Part shown: positions 46,624 to 56,527 of the stretch, piece by piece
Position numbering within the stretch: the first letter of the stretch is position 1
How the letters are laid out: every line of letters begins with the position of its first letter
From: an uncultured bacterium
GTDB taxonomy: Bacteria > Krumholzibacteriota > Krumholzibacteriia > LZORAL124-64-63
NCBI GenBank assembly: GCA_963732385.1
Contig: CAVSZB010000002.1
Location: 1-64,000, forward strand
Direction of reading: 5' to 3'
DNA length: 64,000 nucleotides
Position numbers and translations under genes: made by a program
The notes under the pieces: model-generated
What the model saw: only the letters and a program-made list of their open reading frames with translations
Database searches by the model: none
Told to the model about the DNA's origin: nothing

Positions 46624-48286
46624 CAGAACGCAGTTCGCGGCGCAGGATCTTGCCGACGTTCGACTTCGGCAACGACGGTCGAAACTCGACGTGGCGCGGG
46701 ATCTTGTAGGGTGCGAGGCGCTCGCGCAGGAACTCACGCACTTCATCACGGTCCAGACGGGCGCCCGGCCGGAGAACGACAAACAGCTTCACCGCCTCGC
46801 CGGTGCGCTCGTCGGGAACACCGATGCAGGCTGCTTCCAGCACCGCCGGGTGATGGGTGATCTCGCCCTCGACTTCGTTGGGATAGACCTTGAGGCCCGC
46901 CACATCGATCATGTCTTTCTTGCGATCGACGATGTAGAAATAACCGCGCGCATCCATCTTCGCGATATCGCCGGTGCGGAAGAAACCGTCGCTGGTCATG
47001 GCCGATGCCGTCGCTTCCGGATCGTTCCAGTAACCGCGCATGAGCTGCGGACCCTGCATGCAGAGCTCGCCGGGTTCGCCGGCCGCAACCACCGCACCGT
47101 CATCATCGCGCAGACTGACCCGTGTACCGGGCAGCGGCAGGCCGATGCTGCCGTTGAACTCATGCTGCCGCGACGGATTGGAGCAGACCACCGGCGAAGT
47201 TTCCGACAGTCCATAACCTTCGTGGATGGTCGTGCCGGTGAGTTCGCGCCAGCATTTCGCCGTCGCCGGCATCACCGCCATGCCGCCGGCCGACACCAGC
47301 CGCACGGGCGAGAAATCCACGCTGGCAAAGTCCGGTTGCTGCAGCAAGGCCTGGTAGAGCGTATTCACCCCGGAAATCGCGGTGAATTTCCAGCGCCGCA
47401 GTTCGGCGATGAAGCGCTTCATGTCGCGCGGATCGGTGATCAGCACGTCGTGGCCGCCGATCTCCAGATAGGCGAGGCAGTTACAGGTGAGCGCATAGAC
47501 GTGATAGAGCGGCAGCGGCGTGATGACGATCTCCTCGCCCGGCACGTTCAGGTCGGCAAACCAGCTGTTGATCTGGCGCACGTTGGCCAGCAGGTTGCCG
47601 TGCGTGAGCATCGCACCGCGCGAGCGGCCAGTCGTGCCACCGGTGTACTGCAGGCAGGCCAGGTCATTACCAGCCAGCGCCGCCGGCGGGCGATGATCCG
47701 CCGGATTCCGCGCCATCACATCCGACCAGGCAGCTGCACCCGGTACGGAAGCGCCACCCATGCGCCGCAGATAACGCACCGCGAAGTTGATCAACGGACC
47801 ACGCAACGCGCCCAGCAGGTCACCGATGCCGGTAACCAGCACATGCTGTACCGGCGTACGCGCCGCGATTTCATTGTAGACAGCAGCACGCTGCCTCAGC
47901 ACCACCAGCACCCGGGCGCCGCTGTTGTTCAGCTGGTGCTCGAGCTCGTTGGCCGTATACAGCGGATTGACGTTGACGACGACCAGGCCCGCACGCCAGA
48001 CGCCGAACAGCGCCACCGGATACTGCAGCACATTCGGCAGCATGATGGCGACGCGCTCGCCGGGGACCACCCCCGGCAGGCTTTGCAGCCAGGCCGCAAA
48101 ACGGCGGGTCAGTGCATCGAACTCCGCATAGCCGAGCGTACGACCCATATTGCTGAACGCCGGCTTCTGCGCATGCCGGCTGCAGGCCCGATCGAGCATG
48201 CCCACGAGGGAATCGCGGGGGTCGAGATCGATTTCGGCCGGCACACCCGGCGGATACTCCTTCAGCCAGACCCTGTCCTCCGCCAT
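46619..48286 (-). CDS. fadD: Long-chain fatty acid-CoA ligase
   Basis: LQYTGGTTGRSRGAMLTHGNL, EGYGLSETSP, FRTGDIA, IVDRKKDMI, LPKSNVGKILRRELR. Confidence 0.93.
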   Translation of the reverse strand: MAEDRVWLKEYPPGVPAEIDLDPRDSLVGMLDRACSRHAQKPAFSNMGRTLGYAEFDALTRRFAAWLQSLPGVVPGERVAIMLPNVLQYPVALFGVWRAGLVVVNVNPLYTANELEHQLNNSGARVLVVLRQRAAVYNEIAARTPVQHVLVTGIGDLLGALRGPLINFAVRYLRRMGGASVPGAAAWSDVMARNPADHRPPAALAGNDLACLQYTGGTTGRSRGAMLTHGNLLANVRQINSWFADLNVPGEEIVITPLPLYHVYALTCNCLAYLEIGGHDVLITDPRDMKRFIAELRRWKFTAISGVNTLYQALLQQPDFASVDFSPVRLVSAGGMAVMPATAKCWRELTGTTIHEGYGLSETSPVVCSNPSRQHEFNGSIGLPLPGTRVSLRDDDGAVVAAGEPGELCMQGPQLMRGYWNDPEATASAMTSDGFFRTGDIAKMDARGYFYIVDRKKDMIDVAGLKVYPNEVEGEITHHPAVLEAACIGVPDERTGEAVKLFVVLRPGARLDRDEVREFLRERLAPYKIPRHVEFRPSLPKSNVGKILRRELRSA

Positions 48287-48475
48287 GCTGCCACCTGCCG
48301 CGAAAAATCCCGGGTCATGGTACCGCCCTCACCGGCTGCAGTGAAATGCAGCATGCCCGCCGGGACAGGCCCGAAACGTGGCGGTGCGCGGCCATTCCTG
48401 ATACGGTTGCCGCGCGCCACCAGCGGCAGCTGAAGCCCTGCGCAGCGCCTGTACACAGCCACCAAAGGGCGCCCC

Positions 48476-50731
48476 GTGACCCGATCCCGCATCCCGCATT
48501 TCTACAAGATGAGCGTCGCCGAACGCGTGCGCGCCGTACACGAGCGCGGCCTGCTCGACGATGCCGATTTCGACCGCCTGTCCAGCGGTCAGACAACTCT
48601 CGACCTGCAGGCTGCCGACAAGATGATCGAGAACGTCATCGGCGTACTCGGCATCCCCATCGGACTCGGCCTGAATTTCCTGATCAACGGCAAGGACTAC
48701 GTCGTGCCGATGGCGGTCGAAGAACCTTCGATCGTTGCCGCCATCAGCGCAACCGCCAAACTGGCCCGCGAATCCGGCGGCTTTGCCACCAGCTCCACCC
48801 CGCCGGTCCTGATCGGCCAGATCCAGGTACTCGATGTGCCTGACATGCCCGCAGCCCACGCTGCCCTCCTCGAACGCAAGCAGGAAATCCTCGACCTGGC
48901 CAACAGCCTCCATCCGCGCATGGTGGCGCGCGGCGGCGGTGCGGTGGACATGGAGGTGCGCTCCTACCCGCTGCGCTCGCTGCCCGGCGAGATGCTGGTG
49001 GTGCACCTGCTCGTGGATACGCGCGACGCGATGGGTGCCAACCTCGTCAACGGCATGTGTGAAGGCGTGGCCCCGCTGATCGAGCAGATCACCGAAGGCA
49101 CGGTCTTCCTGCGCATCCTGTCGAATCTCGCCGACCGCGCGCTCGCGCGCGCCGAGGTCGTGCTGCCGGTGGCCCAACTGGCCGGCAAGGGCTATGCCGG
49201 CGAACGGGTGCGCGACGGCATCATCATCGCGGCAGACTTTGCCCACGCCGATCCCTACCGGGCGGCGACGCACAACAAGGGTGTCATGAATGGCGTCGAT
49301 GCCGTGGCCCTGGCCACCGGCAACGACTGGCGCGCCATCGAGGCCGGCGCACATGCCTATGCAGCCCGGCATGGCCACTATGGTTCGCTCACGGAGTGGT
49401 GGCAGGACGACGCCGGCAACCTGTGCGGGCGCATCGAGATGCCCATGAAGGTCGGCATCGTCGGCGGCCCGCTGGAATCAAATCCCGGTGTCGCGATGAA
49501 CCTGCGTCTGCTCGGCGCCGAAACCGCCACCGAACTCGCCGAGGTGATGGCGGCCGTGGGCCTGGCCCAGAATTTCGCCGCGCTGCGGGCGCTGGCCACC
49601 GACGGCATCCAGACCGGCCACATGACGCTGCACGCACGCAGCGTGGTGAAGGCCGCGGGGACGCCACCCGAACTATTCAACGAAGTGCTGGAACGCGTGC
49701 TCCAGAGCGGCGAGATCAAGGTATGGAAAGCCGAGCAGATCCTCGCCGAGATCCGGCAGCCGCGACCCGCCGCGGCGATTGCCGGACGGCGTGACGCGGA
49801 AACCGGCGTCGGCATCGGTCATGGCAAGGTCATCCTGCTCGGCGAGCATGCCGTGGTGCATGGCCGCCACGCCATCGCGCTGCCGGTGCCGCTGACGATC
49901 CGTGCGGTCGTCGAGGATGGCGAGCGCGGCGTCGAGCTGCTGATCCCGCGCTGGGGCGTCGAATACCAGCTGGCCAAACCCGCTGATCAGCGCCGCTCCT
50001 TCGAACGCGCCGCCGGTGCGATTCTCGACAAGCTGGGTCTCGCCAACCGCAAGCTGCGCATCGAGGTATCACCCGATGTGCCGCGCGGCATGGGTCTCGG
50101 CGGCTCGGCCGCACTGGCAGTGGCCATCGTCCGTGCCCTGGACCTGCACTTCCGGCTGGGGCTGAGCGACACCGAGGTCAACGAGCTGGCATATCTGTCC
50201 GAGCAGATCGCCCATGGTCAGCCCAGCGGCATCGACAACACGATGGCCACCTACGGCACTCCGCTGGTCTACCGCCGCGGCTCGCCACCGCTGATCGAGA
50301 CACTCAACATCCCGGCGCCGCTCACCCTGGTCGTCGGCATGACGCACAACGAGGGGCTCACCGCCCGTACCGTGGCCAACGTCGCCGAAGCACGGCAACG
50401 CAACCCGCGACTCTATGAAAAGATCTTCGATGACATCGACGCGCTGGTACTGCAGGCTGTGTCGGCAATCCAGGACAACGACATCGCCACCCTCGGTGAC
50501 CTCATGAACATCAACCAGGGCCTGCTGAATGCACTGCAGGTTTCAAGCCCCGAACTCGAGCGCCTGATCGGCGTGGCGCGCAACGCCGGCGCCGCCGGCG
50601 CCAAGCTGACCGGTGGTGGTGGCGGCGGCGCCATGATCGCACTGTGCGCCGACAACAGCAGCGACATCCAGGCCGCCATCGAGCGCCAGGGATTCCGCAC
50701 CCTGGTCGTCAAGGCAGGCAACAGATCATGA
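48476..50731 (+). CDS. mvaA: Class II HMG-CoA reductase fused to C-terminal mevalonate kinase (GHMP)
   Basis: HMGR: ENVIG, EEPSIVAA, DAMGAN, ATHNKG, GNDWRAIEAG, GHMTLHAR; kinase: GKVILLGEHAVVHG, PRGMGLGGSAA, HGQPSGID, KLTGGGGGG; one continuous 751-aa ORF. Confidence 0.93.
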   Translation: MTRSRIPHFYKMSVAERVRAVHERGLLDDADFDRLSSGQTTLDLQAADKMIENVIGVLGIPIGLGLNFLINGKDYVVPMAVEEPSIVAAISATAKLARESGGFATSSTPPVLIGQIQVLDVPDMPAAHAALLERKQEILDLANSLHPRMVARGGGAVDMEVRSYPLRSLPGEMLVVHLLVDTRDAMGANLVNGMCEGVAPLIEQITEGTVFLRILSNLADRALARAEVVLPVAQLAGKGYAGERVRDGIIIAADFAHADPYRAATHNKGVMNGVDAVALATGNDWRAIEAGAHAYAARHGHYGSLTEWWQDDAGNLCGRIEMPMKVGIVGGPLESNPGVAMNLRLLGAETATELAEVMAAVGLAQNFAALRALATDGIQTGHMTLHARSVVKAAGTPPELFNEVLERVLQSGEIKVWKAEQILAEIRQPRPAAAIAGRRDAETGVGIGHGKVILLGEHAVVHGRHAIALPVPLTIRAVVEDGERGVELLIPRWGVEYQLAKPADQRRSFERAAGAILDKLGLANRKLRIEVSPDVPRGMGLGGSAALAVAIVRALDLHFRLGLSDTEVNELAYLSEQIAHGQPSGIDNTMATYGTPLVYRRGSPPLIETLNIPAPLTLVVGMTHNEGLTARTVANVAEARQRNPRLYEKIFDDIDALVLQAVSAIQDNDIATLGDLMNINQGLLNALQVSSPELERLIGVARNAGAAGAKLTGGGGGGAMIALCADNSSDIQAAIERQGFRTLVVKAGNRS

Positions 50732-51315
50732 GCGGACTGGCCCGGGCTGCCGTGAGCGAGGATCTGCTGATCCTGGTCGACGAGGCCGATCGCGAGATCG
50801 GCACCTTGCCGAAAACCGAATGTCATCTGGGCGGCGGCACACTGCATCGTGCCTTCTCGGTGTTCCTGTTCGATGCCGACGGCAGGGTACTGATACAGGA
50901 GCGCGCGGCCGGCAAGATGCTGTGGCCGGGTTACTGGTCCAACAGCTGCTGCAGCCATCCGCGACCCGGAGAAGCCACCGAGGCAGCGGCCAGGCGCCGC
51001 GTACGGGAAGAGCTGCAGCTCGATTGCCGCCTCGATTTTCTGTACAAGTTCCGCTATCAGGCTGCCTTCGGCAGCATCGGCTCCGAGCACGAGCTGTGCT
51101 ACGTCTATGCGGGCTACGCCACCGGCAAGATCAGCACCGACCCACTGGAAATCGCGGCGATACGCTGGCTGACACCCGACGAACTCGGTCGCGAGATTGC
51201 CGCCGAGCCGGCGCGCTTCAGTCCGTGGATGAAGCTCGAGTGGCAGCAGATCACCGCCAGCCATCTGGAGCAGATCCTCGATCGTTGCCGGAAGCCGGAC
51301 ACATGGCGAACGTAG
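50728..51315 (+). CDS. idi: Isopentenyl-diphosphate delta-isomerase, type 1
   Basis: LILVDE, CH..LHRAFSVFLF, WPGYWSNSCCSHPRPGE, EHELC, FSPW; ATGA overlap. Confidence 0.95.
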   Translation: MSGLARAAVSEDLLILVDEADREIGTLPKTECHLGGGTLHRAFSVFLFDADGRVLIQERAAGKMLWPGYWSNSCCSHPRPGEATEAAARRRVREELQLDCRLDFLYKFRYQAAFGSIGSEHELCYVYAGYATGKISTDPLEIAAIRWLTPDELGREIAAEPARFSPWMKLEWQQITASHLEQILDRCRKPDTWRT

Positions 51316-52112
51316 TCATCACCGGCAGCACGCGCGGCATTGGCCGCGGTCTGGCCGTTGAATTTCTGAAACGCGGGCACAACGTCGTGGTGTCCAGCCG
51401 CAGGCAGGCCGATGTCGACAAGGCCGTCGGCGAACTCGCCGCCACCGGCCCAGCCAAGGTTGCCGGCACCAGCTGCGACGTCACCCGCAAGACCGATGTG
51501 CAGGCGCTGTGGGATTTTGCCGTAGCGGCTTTCGGCCGCGTCGACTTCTGGATCAACAACGCCGGGCGCGCCACCTCGCGCTACGAAGTGCATGAACTGC
51601 CCGAGGAGATGGTGCACACGCTGGTCGACGGCAACTTCAAGGGCAGCGTGTTCGGCTCGCAGGTGGCGATCAGCGGCTTTCGCCGGCAGGGCTCCGGTGC
51701 GCTCTACAACATGCTGGGCGGCAGCTTCGACGGCAAACGCCTGACACCGAACATGGGCGTGTACAGCGCCACCAAGGCAGCCGACTGGCTGCTGACGAAG
51801 TACCTGGTGCTGGAGAACAAGAACCCCGCCATCATCATCGGCGCAATCAGTCCCGGCATGCTCATCACCGAGAACTGGTTCGAGGAACAGAAGCAGATCG
51901 ACCCGGCCGAGTGGCAGAAGATCCGCCCGATACTCAACATCCTCTGCGACTACGTCGAGACCTCCACGCCCTGGCTGGTCGAACAGATGCTCGCCAACCG
52001 GCAGAGCGGCCGGCGCATCGCCTGGATGACGACCGGCAAACTACTCGGCCGCTTCCTCAAGGCCCGCCTGCCCGGACCGAAACGCGATCTGTTTGCGCGC
52101 TTCGGCCTCTGA
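51303..52112 (+). CDS. SDR family oxidoreductase
   Basis: ITGSTRGIG, WINNAG, YSATK. Confidence 0.92.
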   Translation: MANVVITGSTRGIGRGLAVEFLKRGHNVVVSSRRQADVDKAVGELAATGPAKVAGTSCDVTRKTDVQALWDFAVAAFGRVDFWINNAGRATSRYEVHELPEEMVHTLVDGNFKGSVFGSQVAISGFRRQGSGALYNMLGGSFDGKRLTPNMGVYSATKAADWLLTKYLVLENKNPAIIIGAISPGMLITENWFEEQKQIDPAEWQKIRPILNILCDYVETSTPWLVEQMLANRQSGRRIAWMTTGKLLGRFLKARLPGPKRDLFARFGL

Positions 52113-52125
52113 GCCGCAGCACACC

Positions 52126-53076
52126 GTGCCAGCAGCGCTCAGCACCGAAGCCCTGGTGGTCGTGCAGTCAGCGGTGCGCCGCTTCGGCAGCCGTGCGGCA
52201 CTCTCCGGTGCGAGCCTGAGTGCCTGTCGCGGCGAGATCCTCGTCCTGCTGGGGCCAAACGGGGCCGGCAAGAGCACCCTGCTGCGCGCACTCTGCGGCC
52301 GCACCCGGCTGGACAGTGGCAGCATCCGCATCGCCGGCGGCGATCCGGCCGAGCGGGCCGTCCGGCGCCGGATCGGTTTCGTGCCGCAGTCGATCGCGCT
52401 CTGGACCCAGCTCAGCGTGCGCCACAACCTCGAACTGTTTGGCCGGCTGGCCGGCCTCAAGCGCGCGCAACTGGCGACGGCCGTGGCCGACACCCTCGAC
52501 TGGACGGGTCTCGCCGCCCGCGCCAACGACCCGGTTGCCTCCCTGTCCGGCGGCATGCAGCGACGCATCAACATCGCTGCCGGCACCCTGCACCGGCCCG
52601 AGCTGCTGCTGCTCGACGAACCGACCGTCGGCCTCGATCCGGTCGCGCGCAGCGAGGTGCACCAGGTACTCGACCGCCTGCGCAGATCCGGCATGAGCCT
52701 GATCATGACCACCCACGACCTGGTCGAAGCGGAGGCGCTCGCCGATCGCGTGGCACTGATGTCGGCTGGCGCGATCCGTGCCCAGGACAGTCTTGCGCAA
52801 CTCATCGGCCGGCTGTTCGGCAGCGACCAGGAAGTCGTGCTGATGCTGGCTGCCGAACCGGCGCCGGCGATCCGCGACGCGCTGCGTGCCGCCCGGTTGT
52901 CGCCGACCAACGAGGCCCAGGTCTGGATCGGCCGACTGGGCAGCGGACTTGAACAACTGCCGGAACTGCGCACCCAGCTCATCAGCGCCGGGGCGGATAT
53001 CGCCGAACTGCGCATCCGGCAACCGGGGCTGCACGGCGTCTACATCGAACTCACCGGACAGGTACCGCAGGAATGA
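52126..53076 (+). CDS. ABC exporter ATP-binding subunit
   Basis: GPNGAGKST, LSGGMQRR, LLLDEPT, TTH. Confidence 0.93.
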   Translation: MPAALSTEALVVVQSAVRRFGSRAALSGASLSACRGEILVLLGPNGAGKSTLLRALCGRTRLDSGSIRIAGGDPAERAVRRRIGFVPQSIALWTQLSVRHNLELFGRLAGLKRAQLATAVADTLDWTGLAARANDPVASLSGGMQRRINIAAGTLHRPELLLLDEPTVGLDPVARSEVHQVLDRLRRSGMSLIMTTHDLVEAEALADRVALMSAGAIRAQDSLAQLIGRLFGSDQEVVLMLAAEPAPAIRDALRAARLSPTNEAQVWIGRLGSGLEQLPELRTQLISAGADIAELRIRQPGLHGVYIELTGQVPQE

Positions 53077-54302
53077 CCCTCGCCATGTTCCGGGCTGCCC
53101 TGCTCCAGCTGCTGCACGACCGCGGCGCGCTGCTGCTCAGCCTGTTCGTGCCGGCAGTGTTCTTCCTGATTTTCGCCGAGATCTTCGCCACTGCAGCCAG
53201 CGACGAAGTGCAGGTGCATGTGGCACTCGTCGACGAAGTGCGCAGCGCCGACTCGATCAGCCTGCTCGCCGCGCTCCAGCGCGAAGCGACCGTAACCATC
53301 GTTCCCGGCGTCACCGACCGCGCAACGGCACTCGACCTGGTACGCCGGGGCACCGCCGATGTGGCGCTGATCGTGCGCGCCGATGGCGAGGCGCTGGCGG
53401 ATGCCGCGGGACTCGCGGCACCGCCGCTGCTGATCCTCGTCGATCCTTCGCGCAGTGTCGCAGCCACCGTACTGAGCGGACAGTTGCAGCGCGCATACTT
53501 TTCGGCGCTGCCGGATCTCGCCGTCGGCCGGGTGGCGGAACTGATCGGCACGGAGTTCACCGAGTTCTCGGCCGAGCAGCAGGCAGAGATCGACAGCGGG
53601 CTGGCCGGACTGCGCGATTCGGCAGGCGCGGGACAGCGCGGCGGCTGGTCCTTCGAGGAACTGCTGGATCGCGAGAATGTGGTCGGACAGACCGCCGCAC
53701 TCAATCACATCGCCTACTACGCCGGTGCCGTCGCCTTCATGTTCCTGATGTTTGCCAGCGCACAGAATGCCGTGGGCATCCTCGACGACCAGGCCGCCGG
53801 CATCCTCGACCGCATCGCCGCCGGGCCAGGGGGCATCATCGTCGTGCTGAATGGCCGGTTCATGTTCCTGGTCCTGCAGGGCATGGTGCAGAACACCGTG
53901 ATCTTCTGCGTCGCCTGGCTGCTCTACGGTGTCGATGTGCCGGGGAACTTCGGCGCGTGGCTGCTGATTTCATTCTGTGCGGCAGTGCTTGCCGCCGGGC
54001 TCGGCCTGCTGCTCGTCACGGCCTGTCGCACGCGCGCCCAGGCGCAGATCCTGCCCACCGTCGTGATCCTCATCATGTCGGCCATCGGCGGCAGCATGGT
54101 GCCGCGCTTCTTCATGCCGGAGTGGCTGCAGACAGTCGGCTGGATCACGCCCAACACCTGGGTACTCGAAGCCTACAGCGGACTGTTCTGGCGTGGCGAG
54201 ACGCTGCAGGCCCTGCTGCCCGGTTGCGCCGGCCTGTTCCTCACCGGAATGCTGGCGCTGGCGATCAGTTACCTGCTCGCCCGGCGTCTCGTGCAGCGCT
54301 GA
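53073..54302 (+). CDS. ABC-2 type exporter permease
   Basis: N-terminal TM, extracytoplasmic loop, five C-terminal TMs with GGSMVPRFFMPEWLQ..TPNTW. Confidence 0.88.
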   Translation: MTLAMFRAALLQLLHDRGALLLSLFVPAVFFLIFAEIFATAASDEVQVHVALVDEVRSADSISLLAALQREATVTIVPGVTDRATALDLVRRGTADVALIVRADGEALADAAGLAAPPLLILVDPSRSVAATVLSGQLQRAYFSALPDLAVGRVAELIGTEFTEFSAEQQAEIDSGLAGLRDSAGAGQRGGWSFEELLDRENVVGQTAALNHIAYYAGAVAFMFLMFASAQNAVGILDDQAAGILDRIAAGPGGIIVVLNGRFMFLVLQGMVQNTVIFCVAWLLYGVDVPGNFGAWLLISFCAAVLAAGLGLLLVTACRTRAQAQILPTVVILIMSAIGGSMVPRFFMPEWLQTVGWITPNTWVLEAYSGLFWRGETLQALLPGCAGLFLTGMLALAISYLLARRLVQR

Positions 54303-54320
54303 GGTTTGTTAAATGTCGCT

Positions 54321-54662
54321 CTACGGCGCAAACATCGCTTGCAGCAGGTTCAGGCAACGACTCACCACTGGCTCAGGCAGCCGGCCGAGACGACGGACCA
54401 GCCGGGCACGGTCAATGGCGCGAACCTGGTCGAGCACCACGTGAGCCCGTTTGCCGCGAAAGCGGCAGGCGACACGAAAAGGATAGGGATGGCTGCCCGT
54501 GGTGAGCGGCACGACGATCAGCGTACGCAGATGGGCGTTGAGTTCGTCCGGGGAAACCACCAGGCAGGGCCGCATCTTGCGCATCTCGTTGCCAACGGCC
54601 GGACCGGTATCGATCAGGTGCACGTCGCCTCGCTCGATAGGTGCTGCGGTCACCACTGCCAC
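54321..54662 (-). CDS. mazF: PemK/MazF-family toxin
   Basis: RGDVHLI..P.VGNEMRKMRPCLVVSP, VVPLTT, DQVRAIDRARL. Confidence 0.92.
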   Translation of the reverse strand: MAVVTAAPIERGDVHLIDTGPAVGNEMRKMRPCLVVSPDELNAHLRTLIVVPLTTGSHPYPFRVACRFRGKRAHVVLDQVRAIDRARLVRRLGRLPEPVVSRCLNLLQAMFAP

Positions 54663-54898
54663 TCGGTCTCATCGAAACGCGTGGCTGCTTCCGGATCGAG
54701 CAACCGGTCGGCCCCTTCGGCCTGCATGGCCTGAGCCGCCTCCGCCCAGCCGGCCCGGGCATGCGCAGCACTGCGGATCAGCACCGCACCATCGCGCACA
54801 CTGACCTCGACTTCGTCAGTCAGTTGCGCCTGCTCGATCACCGGCTTTGGCAGGCGCACCCCGCGGGAATTGCCGATGCGCACCAGTTTCGCCTTCAT
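54650..54898 (-). CDS. mazE: AbrB/MazE-family antitoxin
   Basis: MKAKLVRIGNSRGVRLPK, RAGWAEA, acidic C-terminus ETEWQW; RBS AGGAGG. Confidence 0.92.
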   Translation of the reverse strand: MKAKLVRIGNSRGVRLPKPVIEQAQLTDEVEVSVRDGAVLIRSAAHARAGWAEAAQAMQAEGADRLLDPEAATRFDETEWQW

Positions 54899-54909
54899 GG
54901 TCCGCCTCC

Positions 54910-54949
54910 TCGTAATCACATCGTAATTACGACGGAGAGCACCAGTCAA
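54910..54949 (-). promoter_or_regulatory. Putative sigma70 promoter and autoregulatory operator of mazEF
   Basis: Minus strand TTGACT-18 bp-TACGAT; perfect palindrome TCGTAATTACGA (54921-54932) plus extra half-site TCGTAAT (54910-54916). Confidence 0.65.
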
Positions 54950-55220
54950 GGTCATGGGGCGGTGAACATGCGACATGGCTGACAGCATGCCCGGGTCTGG
55001 CTCGGGGGTTCAGCCCGTCAATCGCGTGTGATCGACGAGAAACGTCAGTCCAGCGCCTGCCGTGATTGGGGGACCAGGATTATCCACATCGTCGCCAGCC
55101 AGATCGCACCACCCCCTGCCATGACCCAAATCAACCTCCACCCGCAGCGATGAAAGGATCATGCGGCCAGCACCGGAACATCACCGGCGGTCACACAGCA
55201 TTGCAGGAGACACAGCGACC

Positions 55221-55523
55221 ATGAGCAGCATCGATGGGAAGTGGGATTGCATCAGCCAGACGCCGATGGGCGACCAGCCTTCGGTGATGGAACTCAGGAG
55301 CAACGGCAATGTCGTGACCGGCACCAACACCAACATGCTCGGCACCATCGAGATCAGCAATGGCAAGCTGGATGGCAATGTCTTCACCTGGCAGATGGAA
55401 ATGACCTCGCCGTTTCCGATGAAGATGACGGGCGAAGTCGTGATCGACGGCGACTCGCTGGAAGGCAAGGTTGCGGCGGGCTTCTTCGGCAAGTCCGGGA
55501 TCGTCGGGAAGCGCCAGTCCTGA
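55221..55523 (+). CDS. Small hypothetical beta-rich protein
   Basis: RBS AGGAG; MSSIDGKWDCISQTPMGDQ...; 100 aa with host-like codon usage. Confidence 0.7.
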   Translation: MSSIDGKWDCISQTPMGDQPSVMELRSNGNVVTGTNTNMLGTIEISNGKLDGNVFTWQMEMTSPFPMKMTGEVVIDGDSLEGKVAAGFFGKSGIVGKRQS

Positions 55524-55725
55524 AACGCGCGACTCATTTCGGCTGCGGCTGCCGCCACATCGAATCCATTCGCGCCCGGGGTCGGCCTCCTTAATCCCGT
55601 CCACTTCATGGCGTACAGCCCCGCAGTTTCCGTTGAGTTCCGCCGGAAACAGCGGAAGACCAGTTCCTGGCACGGCGTCACAATAGCCGCCGGTTTACTG
55701 GACGGAGCGGCTGGCCTCGCCTAGG

Positions 55726-55741
55726 CTGTACAGTCTGTACG
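55726..55741 (+). promoter_or_regulatory. Putative Phd/YefM operator
   Basis: CTGTACAG palindrome followed by CTGTACGG about 20 bp before the antitoxin ATG; TGTACA is the known core of YefM/Phd operators. Confidence 0.6.
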
Positions 55742-55760
55742 GTTTGGGGAGAGCCACCCG

Positions 55761-56015
55761 ATGAGCAAGTTGCAGCACAGGGGGTCTGAAGACGCGCGCC
55801 GGGAATTGCCGGCACTGATTGCCGATGCCGAGGGTGGCACGACCACCATCATCAGCCGGCATGGCAAACCGGTGGCGGCTCTGGTACCCCTGTCGGCATG
55901 GGAGGCCAGGGGGCGACAGCAGTCCCTCCTGCCGCTGGAAGGGTCGGGCCGCCGGATGTGGGGCCGGGACAGCCGGGTCACTCTCCGCAAGCTGCGTGAC
56001 GAATGGACCCGCTAG
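55761..56015 (+). CDS. Phd/YefM-family antitoxin
   Basis: EDARRELPALI..AEGG.TTIISRHGKPVAALVP; LRDEW tail. Confidence 0.88.
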   Translation: MSKLQHRGSEDARRELPALIADAEGGTTTIISRHGKPVAALVPLSAWEARGRQQSLLPLEGSGRRMWGRDSRVTLRKLRDEWTR

Positions 56016-56428
56016 ACACCAGCGGCCTGCCGGAGGGTGCCCTGCTGCTGGTGGATTCGGCACCCATCGTCTATTTCCTGGAGCACCACCCTCGGCTGGC
56101 AGCACGCTTCAGGCCCCTGTTTGCCGGTCACGCAGCCGGCAGGTTCCGGCTGGCCGTTACCACGACAGCTCTACTGGAGGTCCTGACTGGCCCGCTGCGA
56201 GTGGGTGATGAGGCATTGGCGGAGCGCTATCGGGCCATACTTGAGTCGTGGAATGTCGTTGAACTGACGGTGGATATTGCTGCCACTGCCGCGCGGTTGC
56301 GCGCATCCCTGGCCCTCAAGCTGCCGGATGCCGTGCAGGCAGCGAGTGCCATTGCCATCAATGCAGATGCACTGGTTACCCACGACCGAGATTTCTCACG
56401 TCTTCGAGCGGTACGGGTATTGATGTGA
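56003..56428 (+). CDS. vapC: PIN-domain (VapC-like) toxin
   Basis: LLVDSAPIVY, LLEVL, LKLPDAVQAASA, LVTHDRDF; overlaps the antitoxin. Confidence 0.9.
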   Translation: MDPLDTSGLPEGALLLVDSAPIVYFLEHHPRLAARFRPLFAGHAAGRFRLAVTTTALLEVLTGPLRVGDEALAERYRAILESWNVVELTVDIAATAARLRASLALKLPDAVQAASAIAINADALVTHDRDFSRLRAVRVLM

Positions 56429-56527
56429 GCGTCACGGCCCCGGTCCTGGCTCGCGCCTGAGTCAACCCGGCCTCCCTCGCCAGGTGCGGTCATGGCACGG
56501 TAAGCGATATAGTCACCCGCGAGCGTG

